Of a DNA stretch of 64,000 nucleotides, positions 1 to 9,400 are shown piece by piece. Positions within the stretch are counted from its first letter, which is position 1; each line of letters starts with the position of its first letter. The notes beneath the pieces were generated by a model, which worked only from the letters and a program-made list of their open reading frames with translations, ran no database searches and was not told the origin of the DNA. Made by a program: the position numbers and the translations under genes. The DNA lies in contig CM097885.1 in assembly GCA_044892525.1 (NCBI GenBank), positions 29,638,001-29,702,000 on the forward strand, written 5' to 3'. Source of the stretch: Schmidtea polychroa. Its lineage: Eukaryota.

Positions 1-1
1 T

Positions 2-871
2 ATCGAACAAGCAGAGATTGAAAGATCCCTCGAGAGTACAGCTAAGACTAGTTTACAAACCCCAACAGAATCAGAAATAAAATATGCCAACGAATTACAC
101 CATGAATTTAGAAAAAATAAAAAATATTTAAAAGTTCAAGTACATGAAAAAGATCAAACATGGTCTGCTGACTTAGTCTTTATGCCAACCAAATCATCAG
201 ACCCTGAAAAATATAAAATAATTTTAACTATTATAGATTTATATACAAGATTTGCTTTTGCAAGATGTTTAGAAAATAAAACAGGATATTCTATTACAGA
301 AGCATTTGAAAATATATTTGAACAACATCAAAGAATTCCAAAATATTTATGGTGTGATAAAGGAACAGAATTTTATAACAAAGTTTTTACAAAGTTTTTA
401 AATGAAAATGATATTAAATTATATTCAACAGAAAACGAAGGAAAAGCAGTCGTAGTTGAAAGATTAAATAGAACATTAAAAAATAAAATGTGGAAATATT
501 TTACTGCTATTGGAAAACAAAAATGGAACAATGAATTGTTACAAATGATTGTAAATGAATATAATAATGATGTACATAGTTCTATAAAATTAACACCTTT
601 AAATGCTTCCATGAAGCCTGAAACCATTAAAGTGGTAAATATTGAAAATGATGTTATTGAAAAACCAAAGTTTAAAATTGGTGACCGAGTAAGAATATTT
701 AAATATAAAAATAAATTTGAAAAAGGATTCACAGCAAAATGGACAAATGAAATTTTTATTATAAATAAAATACATTATACAACTCCAATAACATATAGCA
801 TCATTGATTTAAATAATGAAAAAATATTAGGTAGATTTTATAATAATGAACTACAGAAAACAGATTTTTAA
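2..871 (+). CDS. Polinton retroviral-like (rve, DDE) integrase, 5'-partial
   Basis: Frame is open from base 2 (..YANELHHEFRK..DQTWSADLVFM); DDE motifs WSADL, WCDKGTEF and VVERLNRTLK; C-terminal PKFKIGDRVRI..FEKG...W typical of Polinton integrases. Confidence 0.93.
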   Translation: MEQAEIERSLESTAKTSLQTPTESEIKYANELHHEFRKNKKYLKVQVHEKDQTWSADLVFMPTKSSDPEKYKIILTIIDLYTRFAFARCLENKTGYSITEAFENIFEQHQRIPKYLWCDKGTEFYNKVFTKFLNENDIKLYSTENEGKAVVVERLNRTLKNKMWKYFTAIGKQKWNNELLQMIVNEYNNDVHSSIKLTPLNASMKPETIKVVNIENDVIEKPKFKIGDRVRIFKYKNKFEKGFTAKWTNEIFIINKIHYTTPITYSIIDLNNEKILGRFYNNELQKTDF

Positions 872-882
872 GTCGACAAGCC

Positions 883-1676
883 CTAAAACAAACTTTTCCA
901 TATTTCAGCTTCTTCTCTATCCAAATAAATATAATTATATTTTTCTTTCCAATGATTATCAACAAACATATCAAACATATTCTTATCAGGTTCAACATTT
1001 GAAAATAAATCATTATAAATCATATTCTTATCACGGCGATCTAATTTAAAAAATATAAAACAATTGGAATTATTTCTTATTGAATTTTTATCTAAAGCAT
1101 AATAAGTTTGAGATATATAAATAACATTACAATTATTATGTCTTCCTCTTGTAAAGTAACTCTTTTGAATCTCTTGATTTTTCATGTTGACAACATCATC
1201 AAATATAACTAGATTCTTTTTATCTTTAGGAAGTAAATCACAATGTAAAACATCTTCAGGTTTATTAGAGAATAAAACTTGAATTGCCTCCTGCCCCCTT
1301 CTTCACAAATATAATCATTTTTATTACTAATATCTGATTCTAAAATATTTTCCTTATACCAATCAACCATATCACAAGGTTGAAAAACTTCTTCAGGACA
1401 TCTATGTTGATTTTTAAAAATATCAATTATTGCTTTTTTAGTTAATTTATTTTCAAATCCACATTTCAAAAGTTGTAATTCTGGTTGATTTATGGTTGTA
1501 GAATAAAAGATTAAATTATTATAATCTAAAAAATCATCTTCAAGTAACATTCTCAAAACAAGTACATTCTTTCCACATCCAGAAGAACCAACAATTAATA
1601 ATCTAAAATTATCAGGAAATACTTTATTATTAAATTTACTCTTATATCTATTTAAAATTGGTTTCCAAATATCCAT
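883..1676 (-). CDS. Polinton packaging ATPase (A32/FtsK-like), split by a 1-nt frameshift
   Basis: Walker A LIVGSSGCGKN in ORF 1209-1715; Walker B KNLVIFDDV and arginine motif FTRGRHNN..ISQTYY in the frame of ORF 883-1185. Adding one G to the G5 run (C5 at 1294-1298) joins the frames. Confidence 0.9.
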
Positions 1677-1691
1677 TTTGTTTATTATAAA

Positions 1692-2260
1692 ATGACAACT
1701 GAAGAATCTTTGCAAGAATTAATAAATTCAAATAAAAATAAATCAGTAGTAATTGATGGTAAAAAATATTTTATTGGAAAACATGTAAAAGAACAAGTTA
1801 AAGAACGTATTAGAGAAGGTGGCATTCTTCCATTAGCTGCTTTAATACCTGCAATCATTGCTGCTTTATCAGGTGCTGCTGGAATAGCTGGAGGAATTGC
1901 AACTACAGTTCAAAAAGCTAAAGAATCTCAAAAGACAGACCTTGAAAAAGAAAAACTACAAACTGAAATCGATTCAATGAAGAAGGTAGGGCAAGCTAAA
2001 TGGGAAGTGTCCGTTGGAAAGGGTCTCTATCTTAATCCATATGAGGGAGTCGGCAAAAGTCTCAGGGCAAAGGTCTCTATCTTGATCCTTATAAAGGTAG
2101 AGGTTTAAATGATTTTTTAAAAAATCGAATTTCTACATCTGAATCTTTATCTTCAAAAGATAAAGAAGATTTAAAAAAAATATGTAAATCTTTAAAGAAT
2201 GGATGCCTTTGTAAAACTAAAAATGGTAAAGGATTATACTTGAAGCCCTTCGAACTATGA
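1692..2260 (+). CDS. Polinton core/membrane-active (pX/pVI-like) protein with GxG repeats, frameshifted near 2055
   Basis: REGGILPLAALIPAIIAALSGAAGIAGGIA hydrophobic segment followed by three repeats, GKGLYLNPY, GKGLYLDPY and GKGLYLKPF. The last two are in a shifted frame ending at TGA 2258-2260. Confidence 0.7.
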
Positions 2261-2282
2261 TACCATTTTTGATACCATTAAA

Positions 2283-3143
2283 ATGGTATATGAAGAAAGA
2301 TTAGCACTTTTAAAAAAATTACAATCAGAACAAGATAAATATAATAAAAAAGATACAACTCAACATGCTGAATCTATAATATTAAATGAGGTAATAACAC
2401 AACAACAGGGGCCAACAATTAAAGCTATAAAAGAGTTGGAAGATTTCAATGAACAAGCAAAATTTAAAGAGTTAGAAGATAAAAAACAAAAAATAAAAGA
2501 ACTAGAGTGGCAGGATAAAGAAAAAGAATCCAGTGAAAACCATCCTGAAAGAAATCAAAGAAAACGCAGAAGAATTTCTAATGTGGAAGAAGAAGAAATG
2601 TTTTTAAAAACAAAACCTCTTAAAGTTGATCCTAAAATTAGAGATGATTTACCTCCTTCAATTAGACCCACATTTAATACTAATACTGAAGGATATCAAA
2701 TAATAACAATTAATAAACAAAACTTTACTTTATATTCAAATTCAGAAAATAAATCACGTATTCATTCACAAAATGTTTATAATAATGAATATTTAGACTT
2801 TGAATTTACAGATGATTTTTATAGATTACTTTGTGGATATTCTTCAGATGATGTTGAAGAAATTAAAAAATATTTAAATTTAATAAGATTAATAAGAGCT
2901 AGTTCTAAAGCAAAATATATTCAAGATTTAAAGAATTATTTAAATAAAAATGAAAAGGGTTATGTTGTTACAGAGAGAGAGGGATTGGATCCCATCAATC
3001 TTTTTATTGAATTAAGAAAACTATTAGCTGCAAGGAAAGCAGGACATAATAATTTAGATTCTGATATTTTAAAGATTTCTAAAGATTTGTTAAAACAAGG
3101 AATAATTTCAAAAGATAAATTTAATAAGTATACGAAGTTATAA
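2283..3143 (+). CDS. Polinton conserved hypothetical protein
   Basis: 286-aa ORF; C-terminal ELRKLLAARKAGHNNLDSDILKISKDLLKQGII resembles a motif I recall from Polinton ORFs. Confidence 0.7.
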   Translation: MVYEERLALLKKLQSEQDKYNKKDTTQHAESIILNEVITQQQGPTIKAIKELEDFNEQAKFKELEDKKQKIKELEWQDKEKESSENHPERNQRKRRRISNVEEEEMFLKTKPLKVDPKIRDDLPPSIRPTFNTNTEGYQIITINKQNFTLYSNSENKSRIHSQNVYNNEYLDFEFTDDFYRLLCGYSSDDVEEIKKYLNLIRLIRASSKAKYIQDLKNYLNKNEKGYVVTEREGLDPINLFIELRKLLAARKAGHNNLDSDILKISKDLLKQGIISKDKFNKYTKL

Positions 3144-3165
3144 ATACGAAGTTTTAAAATACAAA

Positions 3166-3630
3166 ATGACTCCTTCAATATTAGATTTTTTAAAAACATT
3201 TGGAATAAATACAAAAACAAATTTCAATTTAAAAGATTATGCAAATTATTTAAATTTAAAAATTAAAATATTAATGAATGATGAATTATCAAGTCTGGAG
3301 AGTCCCCTGAATATAATAATCAATTATCAAAATTCAAATGAAAAAGGATCTCATTGGGTTTGTATATATAAGAAATCTATCTACTTTGATTCTTTTGGGA
3401 TTAAACCTACTAAAGAAGTTGAAGATTATCTCTTGAGGGGTTCTCCGATTGATTCCCCAAATGGTTATACTTTTAACTCTTTACAAGTTCAACCTTTGAA
3501 TACTAAAATATGTGGTATTTTAAGTTTATATGTTTTGTATAGATTGAATAAGGGAGAGGGAAAGGGGCATACGCAGGATTTTGAATCTATAATTCAAGAA
3601 ATTTATAATGATCTAGAATCTCTACTATAA
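3166..3630 (+). CDS. Adenain-like cysteine maturation protease (Polinton PRO)
   Basis: GSHWVCI..YFDSFG..QVQPLNTKICG provide the His/Asp/Gln/Cys catalytic set. Confidence 0.92.
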   Translation: MTPSILDFLKTFGINTKTNFNLKDYANYLNLKIKILMNDELSSLESPLNIIINYQNSNEKGSHWVCIYKKSIYFDSFGIKPTKEVEDYLLRGSPIDSPNGYTFNSLQVQPLNTKICGILSLYVLYRLNKGEGKGHTQDFESIIQEIYNDLESLL

Positions 3631-3678
3631 GGATTTTTACTATAAGGATTTTTACTATATGAATTTACTACTAAAGAA

Positions 3679-4442
3679 ATGGAGCTTCACAACCCTCCGG
3701 AAGATAATTTAAAAAAAATGGTAAACATAATGTCAGATAAATATTCAAGAACTTTATCTATAAATTCAAAAGAATCAGACTTTACTATAAACTTTCAAGA
3801 TTCAATTAAATTAGATCAAAATTTAAATTATGAATTGGGGCTATTATGGTTTTGTGCTTATAATACTATTTTTAATATAACTAAAGATAATAATAAATTT
3901 ACTATTCAAACTCGTGATGGACATAAACCAGAAATTATAACAATAGAACCTGGGGCATATGAGATAAAAGATTTAAATGATATACTTTCTAAAAAAACAA
4001 ATGAAGGTATTAAAATTAAAATGGATATACCAACTTCAAAATGTGTAATGACTTTGAAGAATATAAAAATTAGTTTTTAGATAATTGTTTCTTTCACACA
4101 GTTTTAGGATTTAAACCTATGGATATAACAATAAAAGAAGATAAAATAATAACATCAGAAAATATTATAAAAATAATAAATACAAACACAATAAATATTC
4201 ATTGTGATTGTATAACAGGTTCTTATAATAATGGTAAACAAACAAATGTTTTATATTCCTTTCCCTCAAACACAGTTCCAATGGGATATAAAATAGTTGA
4301 AAGAATGAATCCTCCAAATTATTTACCTTTATGTAGAAAATATATAATGGATATTAATTTTAAAATTCTTAATCAAGAAGGAGAATTGATTGATTTTAAT
4401 GGAGAAGAGATTTCAATGTATTTACATTTGAAACAGGTTTGA
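3679..4442 (+). CDS. Polinton minor capsid protein (penton-like), split by a 1-nt frameshift
   Basis: YNTIFNITKDNNKF..IEPGAYEIKDLN and INIHCDCITGSYNNG..GYKIVE..Y.P..NQEGELIDFNGE..LHLK motifs. One extra T in the T5 run at 4074-4078 gives ISFLDNCFFHTVLGFKPM and joins the two ORFs. Confidence 0.82.
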
Positions 4443-4466
4443 AGATTCATTTTAAATTATTAATAA

Positions 4467-5477
4467 ATGAGTTCTTATATTCCATGTAATAGAGGTGGTG
4501 GAACAATAAAAACAGGGTTTAATACAGAAGAAATATTAACTTTAACAGAAAATAAATATATTAATGAAAGAGGTGATTCAATGAAGGGTGATTTAATTTT
4601 AAATGGACACAAGATAAAAGAATTATCTTTTCCAACTGATGAAGCTGATGCAGTTAATAAGAAATATGTAGATGGTGTTAAAAAATATACTGATTTAACA
4701 ACAACAAGAATTGAAAGTTCATTAACAACAAAAATTGATTCAATGGAATCAAAGCTTAATAATATCGAACAACGATTTAATGATAAATTTGACAAGTTAC
4801 AAAGTCTGTTAACTGAACAAGTTGTAAAGTTAAATACTACCATATTAAATTCTAAAGATAAACAAATTATGAATACTAAATTTAATACAATATATAAGAT
4901 AATAAATGAGATGATTACATCATTTAATAAAAGAATTTCAAATTTAGAGTCTCATGGAACACACATTAATACCACACATAGTATTAGAAAAAGAGCTGCT
5001 GAATTAGAACAGAATAAAACATTATTACCCCATGCATATAAACATTTTATAGAACCAAGTTTAATAACAACAAACAGTAAAGAATGGGGTGTTTTTATGG
5101 TTGTAAAGATTATTGATCCTTATTTCTTTTTTTTTGATGATGATAATGAAAGAATGAAATGGTTTGTGAAATGTGATTATAATAGTAAGCTTGAAAAGGG
5201 TGATGTTATAATGACTAGTTATGATTTACCACACGGAGATTGGTATGTTAATACTCATTCACATGGACTACATAAAGTTAAAAGTAAGAATATTATTTTT
5301 AAAAGCACACTTGTACAATATATAGATTTAATATTTTATGAAAAAAAGGTTGATGTTGATGAAGTTCGTAAAGCATTAAGAGAATTGTATAAAGATATCC
5401 TCTCAACAAGAGTTTCTTTTGATATCCGAGTATTGGTACCAGATGGTGCTCAGAAGAATAAAGTCTTATTTTTTTAA
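4467..5477 (+). CDS. Putative fibre/spike-like protein with coiled coil
   Basis: GDSMKGDLILNGHKIKELSFPTDEADAVNKKYVD motif, then a heptad-rich coiled coil and a probable globular C-terminus. Confidence 0.55.
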   Translation: MSSYIPCNRGGGTIKTGFNTEEILTLTENKYINERGDSMKGDLILNGHKIKELSFPTDEADAVNKKYVDGVKKYTDLTTTRIESSLTTKIDSMESKLNNIEQRFNDKFDKLQSLLTEQVVKLNTTILNSKDKQIMNTKFNTIYKIINEMITSFNKRISNLESHGTHINTTHSIRKRAAELEQNKTLLPHAYKHFIEPSLITTNSKEWGVFMVVKIIDPYFFFFDDDNERMKWFVKCDYNSKLEKGDVIMTSYDLPHGDWYVNTHSHGLHKVKSKNIIFKSTLVQYIDLIFYEKKVDVDEVRKALRELYKDILSTRVSFDIRVLVPDGAQKNKVLFF

Positions 5478-5485
5478 TTATTAAA

Positions 5486-6082
5486 ATGGAAGAAGTAAGA
5501 GAAGAAAAAATTTACCCAGAATTGAGATCATCAGGATATTATTCTTCCAAGGCCTCGGCTCCCACAGAACTTGAAATTATGAGAGTAAAAGAATTTAAAT
5601 CAGAAACCTTACATTTACAAGATTTATTAAAGCATTATAAAAAAATTAAAAATAGATGGAATAAAGGGAATACAGTTTTAAAAGTTATAGGTTATTCTTT
5701 AGGATTTGCATCTGCAATATTAACAGTTATTTTACCCATAACTTTACCAGTTGTTACTCTTGCACCTGTAATACTTGGAAGTATTTCTGTAGCTGATGGT
5801 TTCTTAACTGAAATAGTTTCATTATCTTATACTTCTAAAAAGAAAAGTTTATATAGAGAAGTTTCTTTATCAATAGAATTAGGAATCTCTAAATTATTTT
5901 TATTTCAATTAAAAGCTTTGGAAGATGGAATCCTGACTGACGAAGAAATAATGAAATCAAATCAAATAATACAAGATATAAAGAATGAGGTTATAAGATT
6001 AAAAAGGGAGGGCATGGTGGCTAATGTTATAAGTAATAAAAAAACATCTCGAGAAAAATGGTTAAAGAATTCTTACTTATAA
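5486..6082 (+). CDS. Putative membrane protein of the Polinton
   Basis: Long hydrophobic stretch VIGYSLGFASAILTVILPITLPVVTLAPVILGSISVA; N-terminal IYPEL; C-terminal ALEDGILTDEE. Confidence 0.65.
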   Translation: MEEVREEKIYPELRSSGYYSSKASAPTELEIMRVKEFKSETLHLQDLLKHYKKIKNRWNKGNTVLKVIGYSLGFASAILTVILPITLPVVTLAPVILGSISVADGFLTEIVSLSYTSKKKSLYREVSLSIELGISKLFLFQLKALEDGILTDEEIMKSNQIIQDIKNEVIRLKREGMVANVISNKKTSREKWLKNSYL

Positions 6083-6083
6083 A

Positions 6084-6386
6084 ATGGATGTATTTTTAAA
6101 AAAAGTAGATCAAGTTGCTATAGTTGATACTTCTAAATTAAACATGTTTTTATTAAAAGAAAAAGCTTTAGAGTTTACTAAGATTTTAAGTGAGAATCCT
6201 AATTTTACTCAATCTCAAATTTGTAAAATGTTAGGTACTTCGGATTCTACTATGAGACAAACGATAATAAAAATCTTAATAAGAAATATTCTTGAGATCT
6301 GTATACTATTATTTTTCAATCGAAGAAATTCATTAATTAAATCATTAAATAATGTTTTAGATAAAATAACTTTTGAATCGTTATAA
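6084..6386 (+). CDS. Small helix-turn-helix protein (C-terminus uncertain)
   Basis: ILSENPNFTQSQICKMLGTSDSTMR fits an HTH pattern; the 3' half overlaps the opposite-strand ORF 6215-6448. Confidence 0.45.
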   Translation: MDVFLKKVDQVAIVDTSKLNMFLLKEKALEFTKILSENPNFTQSQICKMLGTSDSTMRQTIIKILIRNILEICILLFFNRRNSLIKSLNNVLDKITFESL

Positions 6387-6448
6387 TATGATTTTATATT
6401 TTCATATATTATTTTTAAATCTTCATTAGTCAGGATTGGATTACTCAT
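6215..6448 (-). CDS. Small hypothetical protein downstream of PolB
   Basis: 77-aa ORF with AAAAATG start context, co-oriented with and 24 nt downstream of PolB. Confidence 0.3.
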   Translation of the reverse strand: MSNPILTNEDLKIIYENIKSYYNDSKVILSKTLFNDLINEFLRLKNNSIQISRIFLIKIFIIVCLIVESEVPNILQI

Positions 6449-6472
6449 TTTTAAATCTAAAAAACAATAGAT

Positions 6473-9400
6473 TCAGTCATGACTGAAAGTCACTGAAAGT
6501 CTACTTAACTGATTTTTATTATAATTAAATTCTTCATCAGTTAGATTTTTTATATATTCTTCTTCAGTGTTGAAACATTTTTTCTCTATAGAGATTGAAT
6601 TTTTAACTTGACAATATAAAGGTTTGTTATCAAGGTAATCGAATTGAGGAGGGATCTCTGGGTATATAATCTCAACTTTATAAATATCAAGATCAGTAAT
6701 CTTTAAATTATAAACTTCATTTATTTTTTCAAGATTTTTTATTATAGGTATTAAATCATTTCCAATTGGGAGAGTTGTTTTTAAATCACTTAGAATAAAT
6801 CTTTTATCATCATAATTTGATAGTGATATCTTGGCTGATTCTTGTTGATACATATTATGCTTCTCAGATTTAAGTTGATGAACCTCTTCTATTTTATCTT
6901 GATGGTTTTCTTTTAGTGCATCTTTATAATCTTGATGAGTGATATTCTTAGATACTGATTTTTGTATACCTTTACATTTGTTATCTTTAAAAGTTTTTGT
7001 GTTTGTTATTATTGGTCGTTCAAATGTATAATCCATTTCTTCCATTTCCTTAGTTATTGGATTTTTATACATGATTTTAATTGTTTGCTTTTCTGTTTTT
7101 GGTTTTTCTGTCTCTTCAAGAGAATATTGTTTAGCTCTAATAAATACTGCATCTAATATTATCTTATTTGGTTTTTCATCTTTGAAGGTGAATAATTCTC
7201 CAGATGAATTTATTAGTTTTGAAAGTATAGGATTTTCAGCTATTTCTTTTTTCACATCTTTACCATGTATTTTTAAAAAGAAACTATCTGTATCCATTGC
7301 ACATAAGCATACTCGATCTCCAAAATGTGGAGTAAAAACATCATAATAGGTTTCATACATTTGTAATTTAGAAAGCTCTAAGATTGCAAAGCCCATAGAG
7401 ATTGGTTTATTATAAGTTTTTTCATTATTTTTTATTTCAATTGCAACTAGATTCTTTGAAAATACTTCAGCATTTTTAAATGTAGGTTTTCCAAGCATTC
7501 GATTATATCTATTAAAATCCTTTTGAGTATTTGTTAGGAGTTCTATTCGTGTGTATTTGTCAACATTTTCCATAGTCTTGCCAAAGACTGCATTATTTAA
7601 AAGTTTATAAATCACATCTAGATAGATATTTCCAACTCTTTTTGCTTCATTTCTTTTCTTGATATTTCCTTCTATGAAGTTTTTCATAAATGGTGCTTGT
7701 TTGAATTTTATAATATTATGAATCTTCTTCAAACGCATTCCATGAGAAAGATAAAATTGAAGGAGTCTATAATGACAAAGATAATATTCTCTATCAGTTT
7801 GGTCACATAAAAGTTTTATTGCAGTTGCTATAAGTTTTAAGATTTGCCAAGGTGAAAGTTCTTCTAGATCTATCATTCTTTTTATTGGTGAATAGGGAAG
7901 AAATCTAGTTCTAGATTTTATTCTATTTGGGTATTCGAGATCACATTCTATAGCATATCCAATATCAGAATCTTTAGGGGTTAATAGTATTTTTTTTATA
8001 AGAGCATCTAGTTTTTCTTTTTCTTTAGGAATATCAACCCAGGAGAACTCACCAGTTGGTAAATGTTGAGACATTACACCCCCATATAGAGCAGTTGCAT
8101 CACAATAAAATATTTCAAATGGATCGGTTAAACCCTCTGTTATTAATTTAGAGTCTTCTGGAGTTTCTATTTTAATATAGTCTGCATCAGTATCTTTAAA
8201 ATATTTTCTAGTAAGAGTTATGGAATTATTTGCAGTTATTTCTCTATCCCCCATTACAGAAGAAATACCCCCTCTAATATTATGTTTAAATACATTAAAC
8301 ATGTCAAGATCTTTTATTAATTCTATTTTTTTATTCTTATCAGAATGACTTTCAGAATCCCCCTCAGAAATCCATTTATTATATAACATTATATCCCAAG
8401 CTAGAGCTGGCAGTGTTATATAATTATATGGTTTTAATTCAAAGGTTTTACAGAAGATTTCAAAACAGTCTGCTAAAATATAAACATCAAGGGATAAATA
8501 CATGTCAGTATATTCTCCAAGGTTTTTACAGTTAAATAATTCCCACATTTTATTTGCTCGAGAATATTCTTGATCTGTAATATTTGATAGTTGTAGTTTT
8601 GAATAGAATGCTTCTTTCTCTGGTAATTTTGTTTCATTATATCTTTCAAATGAATTCATATAATCATAAGGGTAGATTCCTTTTGATAGACATGTTGGAT
8701 ATTCTTCTGGAGGAATATTATATTTTATCAAAACTTGCTCTGTTGTATATTTAAAGTCTTCTGGTTTCATTGTTTTAGCTATTGCATCTAGAGACATTTG
8801 AAGAAAGTTTAACGAGTCTATAAATTTTAAACAACCAAATTGCACACATTTATATTTTTCTTTTGTTAAGCCAATTACCTTGAAAGAGCTTTTAGCATTT
8901 ACAGCTAGAGCCTTTATAAATAAATGTAAATCATACCCAAAAAGATTATGAAATATAACTGGTATAAATTTAGGAGTATAACAATTAAGATTGCAATTTT
9001 TATGGGCTGCTCCTCGATAATTATTTTCACTTTTAAAATGATCATGATCAGGGACTTTAGTGTTTGAAGATTGTTGTCCTTCATGAAACATTCTTTGTTC
9101 CTCTTCTTCAATAATATTAATATAAGACTCAATGTCCGAAGGTCCTATGTCCAAAGACTCAAGATCCTCAGGGAGTTGATCCTCAGGATGACTTTCAGAA
9201 TGTCCTTCAGAATGACTTTCAGAAATTGAAGTTGTAAAGCCCTCAAATGGTTGTTTACACATCCAACAATTTGAAGCATTTTCATATTCTTCAAATTGTT
9301 CATCTGAGAAATTTATTTTATAATCTGTTTTTAATATATTAAATAATTCATGTTCTAAATCATTTACACTATTAACAAAATGATTTAAAGCATCTTCTGA

